A DNA stretch of 64,000 bases, taken from Candidatus Harrisonbacteria bacterium (GTDB lineage: Bacteria; Patescibacteriota; Minisyncoccia; UBA6257; UBA11618). The translations under genes and the position numbers were made by a program. Within the stretch, counting starts at the first letter, position 1. Each line of letters starts with the position of its first letter. The stretch is taken from contig JAHFLO010000001.1 of the NCBI GenBank assembly GCA_023244855.1, positions 5,895-69,894 of the forward strand. Direction: 5' to 3'. The notes beneath the pieces are model-generated. The model did not search any database, was not told the DNA's origin, and was given only the letters and a program-made list of their open reading frames with translations. Below are positions 27,099 to 35,859 of this stretch, in pieces.

Positions 27099-27575
27099 TC
27101 ACCGATTAGAGCAATCCCGCTCTTGCTCGGCCGCCCACTGATCGTAGAACTGAAACGGCGGAGGGTCTTTTCTTTGGGAAAGTGGACCGTGCCAAGGCTT
27201 AGGCCGCCACTCCATATCCTCCGTGTACTGCGGAACCGACTTCAGTCCGTTCTGCAAGTTCACTTCGACGTTGCGTAATACCCGCCCCAATAGGTTTGGC
27301 TGCACTACCTGCCTCTCCTCTTGCGGCTTCTCCCATGCCCGCAAATCCCAAACCCCCGGAACTTGAGACATTTTGTGGGGGTTGAAGGGTTCGGCTCCGG
27401 ATCCCCCGCAGAAGAAACAACCCTTCAAGAAGAAGCCGAGGAAGAAGAGGCAGGTGAACCACTTGCAGATATTACCGAAAGTGAGTTCGAATATGTCTGC
27501 CGCCTTTTTCTTTTTTTTCTTTTTCTTGGCTTTCGGGGTGGAAGTTGACGCGGGCGCCGGTGTTGCGGTGCTCAT
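27099..27575 (-). CDS. Hypothetical membrane protein with an N-terminal poly-Lys tract (islet gene)
   Basis: 158 aa. PKAKKKKKKKKAAD is encoded by an A-rich tract. One Cys/Phe-rich TM helix. Strong promoter upstream. Confidence 0.5.
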   Translation of the reverse strand: MSTATPAPASTSTPKAKKKKKKKKAADIFELTFGNICKWFTCLFFLGFFLKGCFFCGGSGAEPFNPHKMSQVPGVWDLRAWEKPQEERQVVQPNLLGRVLRNVEVNLQNGLKSVPQYTEDMEWRPKPWHGPLSQRKDPPPFQFYDQWAAEQERDCSNR

Positions 27576-27655
27576 AATGACCTCTTCTATGCCCTCTGGG
27601 CGTATGGGAAAATCGGTGAATTCAGTTGAGATTTCAGTTACAAACTGCTAGTATT

Positions 27656-27684
27656 AGTATACAATATCATATCGATATTGTCAA
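27656..27684 (-). promoter_or_regulatory. Consensus-like promoter TTGACA-17-TATACT
   Basis: Reverse strand: ttgaca atatcgatatgatattg tatact. Confidence 0.6.
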
Positions 27685-27706
27685 TAGTCCCCTTCTGGAG
27701 ACTACT

Positions 27707-27787
27707 GCCCCTGTGGCGAAATGGCAGACGCGCATGGTTTAGGACCATGTTCCGCAAGGAGTGGAGGTTCAAGTCCTCTCGGGGGCA
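27707..27787 (+). tRNA. tRNA-Leu (anticodon UAG)
   Basis: Acceptor GCCCCTG/CGGGGGC, anticodon arm CATGG-TTTAGGA-CCATG, long variable arm, T arm GGAGG-TTCAAGT-CCTCT. Confidence 0.85.
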
Positions 27788-27895
27788 CACAATCATTGAC
27801 TTTTATATATAAAAGACTTATTATAGCCTTGTTCAATTAGAACCGTTACAGCCCCTTTCCATCACCCATATCCACCCCCCCAAGGAACTCCGATC

Positions 27896-28318
27896 ATGAC
27901 GAAAAACGATTTCTACTGCGTAGCCCTGCACCGCGGCAAAAGGATTACGCAAGCACTACGCGAAAGCCTGCTCGTCGAAGCATGGTATCTCGCGAAATCG
28001 CACAAGAAGAGCAAAAGAATAAAGGGAAAAGAACACGAAGGGTCTATTCGAATCAAACAAGATTCGATCTACTACAATGGAATGACCGGCTGGCTTTTCG
28101 AGGCGCGATTCGTAACGGAGGCAGACGACGTCACGGTAGACTTCCTCGTCTCCCATAATGCCTTCAAAGAGCTTGAGAACGCAGACGAAGACAGAGATTA
28201 CGCATGGGATGAAGGTGTTTTCAGAATCAAGGATGGAGATGCGGAACTCGAAGAATCAAAATCCACCCCCTCCGACAACCCCATCCTTAAAGCGATGCGT
28301 GGCTGCGCCGCAAACTAA
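27896..28318 (+). CDS. Hypothetical protein (islet gene)
   Basis: 140 aa. TTGACT-17-TATTAT promoter, AAGGAA RBS, terminator at 28340-28383. Confidence 0.5.
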   Translation: MTKNDFYCVALHRGKRITQALRESLLVEAWYLAKSHKKSKRIKGKEHEGSIRIKQDSIYYNGMTGWLFEARFVTEADDVTVDFLVSHNAFKELENADEDRDYAWDEGVFRIKDGDAELEESKSTPSDNPILKAMRGCAAN

Positions 28319-28339
28319 AGACCCGCCAACAACCCGCGA

Positions 28340-28383
28340 GAACCCCCTCACTCCCCCGAGTGAGCCGAGGGTTCTTTTTTTTA
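28340..28383 (+). terminator. Rho-independent terminator
   Basis: gaaccc..ctcac..gtgag..gggttc followed by tttttttt. Confidence 0.65.
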
Positions 28384-28419
28384 TTTGAAAACTGCCGTGT
28401 GGTGCGCTATACATTGCTT

Positions 28420-29616
28420 ATGAATAAATCCCTTACCATAAGAGTACTCGCTATTATCGCTATCGGCATCGGCTATTACGCGTATATGCAGAAAACGCCG
28501 CAGCAAGAGCTGGTAACGCAGCCGGACGGCCAAGTAGCCACTTCAACGGCGTCGACTACCGCAGATACCACCCCTCTTAAAAAAGAAACCGTAAACATCG
28601 GCGTTATCGTCCCCTTAACCGGCGCGCAGGCGGCGTACGGGCAAGGTATTAAAGAAGGCTTAGATCTTTCTGCGGACGGTATCAATAACACTCCCCGCTT
28701 CGGCATCCGTATCAACCTTATATACGAAGACACGCAGAGCGACATAAAAAACGCTCCCGCTGCGGCACGCAAGCTCACGAGCAAAAATAACGTGGTGGCG
28801 CTCGTAACCGTGCTCTCCCCTATCTCCCTTTCCGTCGCGCCTATTGCCGAAGAAACGAAAACCGTCTTACTTACCATGGCGTCGCTTTCGGCAAAGCTTA
28901 ATACCGCTGGCCCCTACGTCTTCAAGAATGATGACCTCGCGGCAGGTATCGGTATCACACTCGCCGATGAGGCGATCAAGCGTGATCTTAAATCCGCAGC
29001 AACGATATTTGCGCAGTACAACGACGGCGTAATCGAATACCACGACGCATTTCTCAAAGAATACAAAGCCAAGGGCGGCGCAATTACCGGCACCGAAGGA
29101 TTCAACGGCGACATGACGGATTTCCGCACGCCGCTCCAAAAGCTACTCACGGGCAAGCCTACCGCCATTACCGTAATGGGCTTACAGCGCGACTGCGCGC
29201 TTATCGCGAAGCAAGCACGCGAGCTCGGCTACAAAGGCCAGCTCTTGGGGTCGCTCTGCTTCGACGACCCGACGGTGGTCGCCGCCGCGGGCGCGGCAAT
29301 AGAAGGCGCCATCATGACGAGTACGAACGGCACGCCATCCGGAAAATTCAACGAACTCGTTATGAAAAAATACGGTCACGACCCACTCCGCTGGAGCGCG
29401 GAAGCCTTCGACGGCCTGCGCTTCTTAGCGCTCGGGCTCTCCCGCGCCTACGACGGCAAAAACCCCGTTACCGGATACACCCTGCAAAACGCCCTTTCCC
29501 TTATCACGAGCTTTAACGGCGAAGCGGGCGAAGCGACATTCGATAAGGACGGTAATGCCCATAGGCCACTGCACATAAAAGAAGTGAAGAACGGCGAAAT
29601 AATAGAAATTAAATAA
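28420..29616 (+). CDS. Periplasmic-binding-protein type 1 (LivK-like amino-acid binding), orphan
   Basis: Start at MNKSLTIRVLAIIAIG. NIGVIVPLTGAQAAYGQGIKEGLDLS is the LivK/ABC substrate-binding pattern. Confidence 0.7.
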   Translation: MNKSLTIRVLAIIAIGIGYYAYMQKTPQQELVTQPDGQVATSTASTTADTTPLKKETVNIGVIVPLTGAQAAYGQGIKEGLDLSADGINNTPRFGIRINLIYEDTQSDIKNAPAAARKLTSKNNVVALVTVLSPISLSVAPIAEETKTVLLTMASLSAKLNTAGPYVFKNDDLAAGIGITLADEAIKRDLKSAATIFAQYNDGVIEYHDAFLKEYKAKGGAITGTEGFNGDMTDFRTPLQKLLTGKPTAITVMGLQRDCALIAKQARELGYKGQLLGSLCFDDPTVVAAAGAAIEGAIMTSTNGTPSGKFNELVMKKYGHDPLRWSAEAFDGLRFLALGLSRAYDGKNPVTGYTLQNALSLITSFNGEAGEATFDKDGNAHRPLHIKEVKNGEIIEIK

Positions 29617-29629
29617 AGCTACCGAATAT

Positions 29630-29659
29630 AAAAACGCCGGATATCGATCCGGCGTTTTT
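29630..29659. terminator. Bidirectional hairpin terminator
   Basis: aaaaacgccggatatcgatccggcgttttt. Confidence 0.8.
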
Positions 29660-30548
29660 ATTCTTCCTCACTCCTCCTTTTGCCGTGGAACGCCTTATAA
29701 ACTTCGCGGAGATGCTTGTTGGTGACATGGGTATAAATCTGCGTGGTGGCTATGGAGGCATGGCCGAGCATTTCTTGCACCGAACGAATATCCGCGCCAT
29801 TCGCAAGTAAGTCCGTGGCGAAGCAGTGGCGGAGGGTATGCGGCGAAAGCTTCTTACCTATAATCCCGGCTTGCACCCCATACCGCCCTATCATACGCTC
29901 CACCGCGCGCGGGGTTATACGCCCAATTATCTTTCCCTTCAGGATACTCACGAACAAAGGGATCTCCGCATCCGTGCGCCTGTCCATATATGCCGCCACC
30001 GCCTTGCACGCCGTAGGCGATAAGAATACCAGCCGCACCTTCCCTCCCTTCCCCCGCACCGTAAGCTCGCCTTTTTTTAAATCAATAAAACGGTCGAGTG
30101 CGCACAGTTCCGAAAGCCGTAAACCGGTACAAAAAAATAATTCGAGCATCGCCTTGTCACGCACGCCTGCGAGCGTCTTAGTATCCGGCGCGTCGAGCAG
30201 TCGTTCTAATTCAACGTGACTTATAATCTCCACTTGCCGCGCCGGCGCCTTTAATAATTCAATACGCTCGGGTGGGACGGTTTCATGCCCGCGCTTCGCT
30301 AAATATTTTAAAAAACTACGGAGGGCTATTACATACTGACTCTGCGTCGCCTTCTTTAAGTCCTCGCGCGCGAGAGCGAGACGGAAATCACGAATACCCT
30401 GCTCCGTAATATCGCTCACATCGGTAATTTTTGCGGCCGTAAGGAACCGCTCGAGGTAATGGGCGTACGCGCGCCGCGTGACCACCGCCCGCCCCCGCTC
30501 CACCTCTAAGTAGTCAAGATATTCCTTCAGAACCGTCAAAGCTTTCAT
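29658..30548 (-). CDS. Tyrosine recombinase XerC/XerD-type
   Basis: HTLRHCFATDLL..GADIRSVQEMLGHASIATTQIYTHV catalytic region. Start at MKALTVLKEY (30548), with a TATATT box 6 nt upstream. Confidence 0.85.
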   Translation of the reverse strand: MKALTVLKEYLDYLEVERGRAVVTRRAYAHYLERFLTAAKITDVSDITEQGIRDFRLALAREDLKKATQSQYVIALRSFLKYLAKRGHETVPPERIELLKAPARQVEIISHVELERLLDAPDTKTLAGVRDKAMLELFFCTGLRLSELCALDRFIDLKKGELTVRGKGGKVRLVFLSPTACKAVAAYMDRRTDAEIPLFVSILKGKIIGRITPRAVERMIGRYGVQAGIIGKKLSPHTLRHCFATDLLANGADIRSVQEMLGHASIATTQIYTHVTNKHLREVYKAFHGKRRSEEE

Positions 30549-30599
30549 GGTTTGAATATACCGCAAAAAGCGTGATATGCTCTAAATCTTCTAAAGACT

Positions 30600-32435
30600 A
30601 TGAAATTACTCTACAAAAACATCGCGTGGACCATTCTCGCCCTTGTCATGCTTTCCTTCGTATTCTCCCTTTTCGCGGACTACGCAGCAGCACCAAAGGC
30701 GCTTTCTCTTAACGATTTAGTGGCTAAGATCAACGCGAACGAAGTCGCCTCGATCATCGTCCACGACAATACGCTCGACATTATACTTACGGACAAAACA
30801 GAACTAACAGCCCAAAAAGAATCCGAAGCGGGTCTTACCGAAACCCTCAAAAACTACGGTGTGGAGCCCGAAGCACTTGCAGCAGTGCCGATTACGGTAG
30901 AAGACCGTACAGGCGGCAGGTTCTGGGCAAGCGTCTTAATCCCCACGCTATTGCCGGTAATCGCCATGATTGCCATCTTCTGGTTCATCTTTCGCCAAGC
31001 AAAGGGCGGGCAAAACCAAGCATTCTCCTTCGGCAAATCGAGCGTGAAGCTTTTCGCGAGCGATAAAGACAGCGTAACCTTCGCGGATGTTGCCGGCCTG
31101 AAGGAGACGAAGCAAGAACTCGAAGAGATCGTAGACTTTTTGAAAAACCCTAAGAAGTTTATCGACATGGGCGCGCGCATTCCCCGCGGCGTGCTTTTAA
31201 TGGGTGCCCCCGGAACGGGTAAGACATTGCTTGCGCGTGCGGTCGCAGGCGAAAGCCATGTCCCCTTCTTCCATATCTCGGCGTCCGAATTCGTGGAGAT
31301 GTTCGTGGGCGTGGGCGCGAGCCGCACGCGCGATGCGTTCGCAACAGCAAAAAAATCCGCGCCCTCGATTTTATTCATAGATGAAATAGATGCTATCGGC
31401 CGCCAACGCGGCACGGGCATGGGCGGCGGGCACGACGAGCGCGAGCAGACCTTAAACCAGATCTTAGTCGAGATGGACGGCTTCGAGCGCGACACGCAGG
31501 TAATAGTCCTCGCGGCCACAAACAGGGCTGACGTTTTAGACGAAGCGCTCCTGCGCCCCGGCCGGTTCGACCGCCGCATCACCTTAGACAACCCCGACAT
31601 AAACGACCGCGAAGCGATTTTGAAAATCCACAGCAAAGACAAGCCGCTCGAAAAGACGGTTGATTTGCGTAAGGTCGCGACCCGCACCCCCGGCTTTTCG
31701 GGCGCTGACCTCGCAAACCTCATGAACGAAGCTGCCATATACGCAGCGCGCAACAACCGCCAATCCATTATCCAAGGCGACATCTATAACTCCATAGAGA
31801 AGGTCCTCATGGGGCCGGAACGCAAAGGCAAAGCGGTCTCGAAAAAAGAGCGCGAAATAACGGCATACCATGAGGCAGGCCACGCTTTGGTTGCAGCGTC
31901 CTTAAAGAACTCAGACCCCGTGCACAAGGTATCTATTGTAAGCCGCGGCTATGCGGGCGGCTACACCATGAAACTCCCGCTGGAAGACGAACACCTCCGC
32001 ACGCGTTCGCAGTTCATGGCGGACTTGGCGATGATGCTCGGCGGCTATGCGGCAGAGCAAGAAATGTTCGGCGAAATGTCTACGGGCGCTTCGAACGACC
32101 TGCAAAAAGTATCGGAACTCGCGCGCCGGCTCGTAACCCACTACGGCATGAGCGAAAAGCTCGGCCCTATCACCTTCGGTAAATCTAACGACATGCTCTT
32201 CCTCGGCCGCGAATTCGGCGGGGACAAAAACTACTCGGAGACGGTAGCGACGCAGATTGACGAAGAGGTGAAGGGATTCATCGCCCGCGGGTATGGGGTG
32301 GCGCAGAAGGTTGTAAGTACCCGCAAAAAAGCCCTCGAAGCAATCGCGAAGGCCCTGCTCGAAAAGGAAGTATTAGAACAAGAAGAGTTTAACGAAGTGA
32401 TCGCGCCGTTTAAGTTGAAGCCGCTTTTGGCTTAA
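30600..32435 (+). CDS. ftsH: ATP-dependent zinc metalloprotease FtsH
   Basis: 611 aa. GAPGTGKTLLARAVAGE, HEAGHALV. Confidence 0.95.
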   Translation: MKLLYKNIAWTILALVMLSFVFSLFADYAAAPKALSLNDLVAKINANEVASIIVHDNTLDIILTDKTELTAQKESEAGLTETLKNYGVEPEALAAVPITVEDRTGGRFWASVLIPTLLPVIAMIAIFWFIFRQAKGGQNQAFSFGKSSVKLFASDKDSVTFADVAGLKETKQELEEIVDFLKNPKKFIDMGARIPRGVLLMGAPGTGKTLLARAVAGESHVPFFHISASEFVEMFVGVGASRTRDAFATAKKSAPSILFIDEIDAIGRQRGTGMGGGHDEREQTLNQILVEMDGFERDTQVIVLAATNRADVLDEALLRPGRFDRRITLDNPDINDREAILKIHSKDKPLEKTVDLRKVATRTPGFSGADLANLMNEAAIYAARNNRQSIIQGDIYNSIEKVLMGPERKGKAVSKKEREITAYHEAGHALVAASLKNSDPVHKVSIVSRGYAGGYTMKLPLEDEHLRTRSQFMADLAMMLGGYAAEQEMFGEMSTGASNDLQKVSELARRLVTHYGMSEKLGPITFGKSNDMLFLGREFGGDKNYSETVATQIDEEVKGFIARGYGVAQKVVSTRKKALEAIAKALLEKEVLEQEEFNEVIAPFKLKPLLA

Positions 32436-32449
32436 ATCAAACAGACATG

Positions 32450-32484
32450 AAAAAACGGCGCCATCTCCCATGGCGCCGTTTTTA
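32450..32484. terminator. Bidirectional hairpin terminator
   Basis: aaaaaacggcgccatctcccatggcgccgttttt. Confidence 0.8.
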
Positions 32485-32490
32485 TTTCTA

Positions 32491-33069
32491 TCAGAGTAGA
32501 AGCTTTAATGCCTCGTCCCACGAATGGACGCGGTCGATGCGCCCGTTGCACACCATCTCTCCCCTGTTCCACGGCTGGTCGAAAAGAAGTACGCGGATGC
32601 CTGCATTCGCGCAACTTACGACATGGTCGGGAACGTCTTCAATTATGATCTCCGCGCCGATTTCGCGACACACATCCGCCTTCGACTGCGCCACGCGCGC
32701 ATGCGTAAAAAAGTTAGTATGGTACACCTCGCGAAACAATCCCGTAAATTCCCTATCAAGTAAGGCTCGAGTCACATCACGCAGTTCGTCCGGCCTACCC
32801 GTTACGGCAACGAGCGTATACTGCTCGGCAAGACGCACAAGGGCTTCGTAAGCCCCCTCCATAACCGGCAAAAACGCGAACTCCCTACTAGCACAGAAGA
32901 TATTCATCTTGTCGATCATCTCCTCGCGCGTACCACCCCATACTTCCCATGCACGATGCGAAGTAAAATCCTCCTTCCGCAAGGACGTGCCGTACCGCTC
33001 GTTATGGAATGCCGCTACGGCCGAACAAAGATCAACCAAAACGTCGTCTATGTCGCAGGCGATTATCAT
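32491..33069 (-). CDS. HAD-superfamily 5'(3')-deoxyribonucleotidase-like hydrolase
   Basis: MIIACDIDDVLVD (DxDxV motif I). The 192-aa size and layout match NT5C/YorS-type enzymes. Confidence 0.6.
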   Translation of the reverse strand: MIIACDIDDVLVDLCSAVAAFHNERYGTSLRKEDFTSHRAWEVWGGTREEMIDKMNIFCASREFAFLPVMEGAYEALVRLAEQYTLVAVTGRPDELRDVTRALLDREFTGLFREVYHTNFFTHARVAQSKADVCREIGAEIIIEDVPDHVVSCANAGIRVLLFDQPWNRGEMVCNGRIDRVHSWDEALKLLL

Positions 33070-33152
33070 GAAAATACTATATACGCCCCCCGTAAGAAAT
33101 AAAGTCCTGATTGACCCACCCCCCTCCCCTGCCTTAGAGTGTGTGGATAGTG

Positions 33153-33226
33153 GGGCCAGTAGCTTAGAGGCCTAAAGCATCGAGCTTATACCTCGAGGAT
33201 CGATGGTTCGAATCCATCCTGGCCCA
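33153..33226 (+). tRNA. tRNA-Ile (anticodon UAU)
   Basis: Acceptor GGGCCAG/CTGGCCC, anticodon arm TCGAG-CTTATAC-CTCGA, T arm GATGG-TTCGAAT-CCATC. 74 nt. Confidence 0.8.
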
Positions 33227-33248
33227 CAAATAAATATAAAAAATAAAG

Positions 33249-33286
33249 CAGCATGCACGGGAGCACTCCCATGCATGCTGTCTTTT
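33249..33286 (+). terminator. Hairpin terminator after tRNA-Ile
   Basis: cagcatgca-cgggagcactccca-tgcatgctg followed by tctttt. Confidence 0.65.
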
Positions 33287-33307
33287 GTGTCCCCCGCCGA
33301 AGGACTT

Positions 33308-33703
33308 TTAAGCCATCGCGGAAAGGCAGTCTTCCCATGTAACTCCGCGGCATTCCCGACTCATCCTGCGGAAGGAAATGCGCGAGAGAAACAGGCCGAA
33401 GTCGACTGCGCGCCGGATACCGGCAAGCATATCGATCGGTGTTTTTCCGGCGAACGTACGGCCGTGCGACTCAGTGCCGTCGGCGTACAAAATTTCATCC
33501 GGTTCAACATCGCCCTCATCCCAATAACAATTGGGATTGAACGATCCGAGACAATAGTCACCGGAGCGGTATTCGCGACCCAGCCCCCTAACCAAGACTC
33601 TCTCCAAAAAATCCGGAGCAGCCAGTTTATGGCCCTCCGCCCCGCAACGACGCGAAGCAGCAAAACCCAAAACTCTCCGACTCATCCTTGAAAGCTTTCT
33701 CAT
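33308..33703 (-). CDS. Hypothetical protein (islet gene)
   Basis: 131-aa ORF. Upstream TTGACA promoter at about 33790-33820, preceded by a terminator. No recognizable domain. Confidence 0.45.
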   Translation of the reverse strand: MRKLSRMSRRVLGFAASRRCGAEGHKLAAPDFLERVLVRGLGREYRSGDYCLGSFNPNCYWDEGDVEPDEILYADGTESHGRTFAGKTPIDMLAGIRRAVDFGLFLSRISFRRMSRECRGVTWEDCLSAMA

Positions 33704-33874
33704 GACGATACCCCATTACCATGTACTCGAAACGGCAGCGGAAGCGCGCGACGTTACGCCCTCCCCGACTGCGTAGCTGATTATTAAAATACCTATATAA
33801 TCCTAATTTGTCAATAAAAACTGCCGCACGAACGCCCGTGCGGCAGAAATAAATATGCAGGACGGAGGGACTTC

Positions 33875-34057
33875 CTATTCCACTCCCCCTCTGCGTCGAC
33901 TACGAACCATTTCCGCGAGACTCAAAGGCTTTCTCGGAGCCACCGCAAGGGGCTCGTCATCGGTATTCTCCGATGATTGCCTCTTCCGCGAAGACAGAAA
34001 GCGCCCCAAAATGACTTTGGTTCGCTGCCGTTTCGGGCTATTCGTCCATGAACGCAT
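33875..34057 (-). CDS. Hypothetical 60-aa basic protein (islet gene)
   Basis: agAAAGGtgcgtacATG gives MRSWTNSPKRQRTKVILGRF... Own promoter (34137-34164) and terminator (about 33812-33842). Confidence 0.45.
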   Translation of the reverse strand: MRSWTNSPKRQRTKVILGRFLSSRKRQSSENTDDEPLAVAPRKPLSLAEMVRSRRRGGVE

Positions 34058-34136
34058 GTACGCACCTTTCTCTATTTCTAGAACCCGCAGTGGAACGGCT
34101 ACGCTAGCCGCATCCGCACTGCTTTGACTGTTTGCT

Positions 34137-34164
34137 ATTATACGCTTATTGCGGGATTTGTCAA
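34137..34164 (-). promoter_or_regulatory. Consensus promoter TTGACA-16-TATAAT
   Basis: Reverse strand: ttgaca aatcccgcaataagcg tataat. Confidence 0.6.
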
Positions 34165-34279
34165 TCCCCTACAATAATTCAATAGCTTGGAATACCCAGC
34201 ACCACCACTGCATAAAAAATAACCGCGGCCGCGAACGAAATGTTCGCGCCGCGATACCCCAGGAAGAACAATCCCTACC

Positions 34280-34357
34280 TCAACCGAACCCGTACCAATC
34301 CCCAATTGTCTCACGCATCAGGGCAAGCCACATCGCGACTTCATCCGAATGACTCAT
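34280..34357 (-). CDS. Possible 25-aa micro-protein (islet gene)
   Basis: GAGGGAGtagcgaactATG gives MSHSDEVAMWLALMRETIGDWYGFG. Followed by the cgcggcgcgaac..gttcgcggccgcg plus T-run terminator. Confidence 0.3.
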   Translation of the reverse strand: MSHSDEVAMWLALMRETIGDWYGFG

Positions 34358-34512
34358 AGTTCGCTACTCCCTCAACTACGTACATTGGACTTGGAAAAGA
34401 AAGAGGTGCGACGCTGCGCCTCTCGCCGAGTGTATCTTAAAATAATCCTATAACCGGCGTTTTTCAAGTATGCGTTGCCATAATCCCCTGTCGTTGCTAT
34501 ATTCACAGCCAT

Positions 34513-34587
34513 GGGCGCCTAGCTCAGTGGTAGAGCGCTTCTTTTACACAGAAGATGTCGGGGGTTCGATTCCCTTGGCGCCCACCA
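34513..34587 (+). tRNA. tRNA-Val (anticodon UAC), CCA encoded
   Basis: Acceptor GGGCGCC/GGCGCCC, anticodon arm CTTCT-TTTACAC-AGAAG, T arm GGGGG-TTCGATT-CCCTT, ends ACCA. Confidence 0.85.
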
Positions 34588-34625
34588 ATAATAAAAGCCC
34601 TTATTTGGGGCTTTTATTATTGGTG
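34583..34625. terminator. Palindromic terminator overlapping the tRNA-Val 3' end
   Basis: caccaataataaaagccc-ttatttg-gggcttttattattggtg. Confidence 0.75.
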
Positions 34626-34743
34626 ATTGCACTAGGGGGAATCGAACCCGGAGGGGCGAGAGTTTTTAATGAGCTCGCGAAGCGAGCGATTATAAAAACC
34701 GATGTCTCGACCGCAGGAAGAGGCGATTCCCTTGGCGCCCACC
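34626..34743. repeat. Structured intergenic element, copy F (inverted pseudo T arm, core, direct copy of the tRNA-Val 3' end)
   Basis: gggggaatcgaacccgg (34635-51) is inverted relative to the tRNA T arm. The core GGCGAGaGTTTTT..hairpin..AAAAAC..GTCTCGACCG is shared with copy G. gattcccttggcgcccacc (34725-43) is identical to 34568-86. Confidence 0.7.
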
Positions 34744-34834
34744 TTCCTTTTTCTTATTGACGCTCCCCCGCCGCTACGGTATATATATCCCCAGCACCGA
34801 CCCATTCGTAGGACTTTTTAAACGGAGCCACACC

Positions 34835-34990
34835 ATGACCAGCTTTCAAGAAGAAGGCTTATTCACTGAACGAGAAGGACAAGGAACCACGGAAAAAGAA
34901 GAACGCGACGAGGACAGAAAAAAGGATGGTCCGTCGCTCCCACCTGCCGTTCTCGAGTACGTCGAAACGCACGGGGGCGCCAATGATTAA
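34835..34990 (+). CDS. Possible 51-aa acidic small protein
   Basis: MTSFQEEGLFTEREGQGTTEKEERDEDRKKDG... Followed by the terminator cccgcc..ggcgggtttttt (about 35016-35052). Confidence 0.35.
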   Translation: MTSFQEEGLFTEREGQGTTEKEERDEDRKKDGPSLPPAVLEYVETHGGAND

Positions 34991-35126
34991 ACCGTATGGC
35001 ACCCCCCCACCCCAAACCCGCCCCTGCATCGCAGGAATAGGCGGGTTTTTTGATTTTCCCGATTTTTCCGCTATACTCTCCCCCGTTAGCACCCCACAAC
35101 CGAATACTCGAAAAAGGAATTTCAAA

Positions 35127-35777
35127 GTGGCCCTACGGCATCTCTTAACCCAGCAAGTCCTTACGCCTGAGATAGAAACAGAACAACAGCCTTCGATCGT
35201 CGTCCTCCACGGATACGAAACGTACGCCGGCGGCCGGCTCGGCCCCCTCGCCCTTGCCGTATGCGTTGCCGCGCTCGCGATCTACCGCGCGGAACGCAAC
35301 GTGCTTTTCATCCTCGTGGGCGGCTGGCACCTAAAAGAAGCTGGAGCCTCAAACACCATCGCGGATGCCATGGCATTATGGCTTATGGAAAACGGCGTAC
35401 CGAAGGAACGCGTCATCACCCAACGGGGCATGAGCCTAATGCATTTCCGGCCCCCGCGCGATACCCACGAAGAACTAGCACTTCTCCGCATGATCCGGCG
35501 CATGCTCGGACTCTATGGCATGAATCCGTTCCGCTTCATTGCGTGGGAGAAGCATGTACCGCGTATAGAAGCAGTCCAACGCACGTGGAAAATGCGTTCC
35601 ACCAAAGCCGTTCCCGTTACCCCTATCCCCCACCAATGGCTATGGAAACGGCGCGCCACCGAGCTCTGCGCACGGATAGCGCAAGCGTTCGACCCGCAGG
35701 GATACGGAAGAATTTTTACCCGCATCCGCCGCGGACGGACTATCGCAAGTGAAGGAATTCCCCTCCTCGAGACATAG
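35127..35777 (+). CDS. DUF218/YdcF(ElyC/SanA)-like protein
   Basis: GTG start after aaAAGGAAtttcaaa and downstream of a TATACT box. PSIVVLHGYE..ILVGGWH pattern. The upstream part of the track ORF spans a terminator. Confidence 0.55.
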   Translation: MALRHLLTQQVLTPEIETEQQPSIVVLHGYETYAGGRLGPLALAVCVAALAIYRAERNVLFILVGGWHLKEAGASNTIADAMALWLMENGVPKERVITQRGMSLMHFRPPRDTHEELALLRMIRRMLGLYGMNPFRFIAWEKHVPRIEAVQRTWKMRSTKAVPVTPIPHQWLWKRRATELCARIAQAFDPQGYGRIFTRIRRGRTIASEGIPLLET

Positions 35778-35859
35778 GTAGTCTCCCCCGCCTCCCAGCA
35801 ACCAAAACCTCAACCCGCTGTCTCCCCGACTGCGGGTTTTTTGTTGACCACTCACCCAC

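Noticed and set aside
29658-30548. XerC/D-type recombinase as the integrase of a genomic island
   Set aside because: It has full-length Xer architecture, is not adjacent to any tRNA or att-like repeat, and is flanked by core genes (ftsH and a substrate-binding protein) with shared bidirectional terminators.
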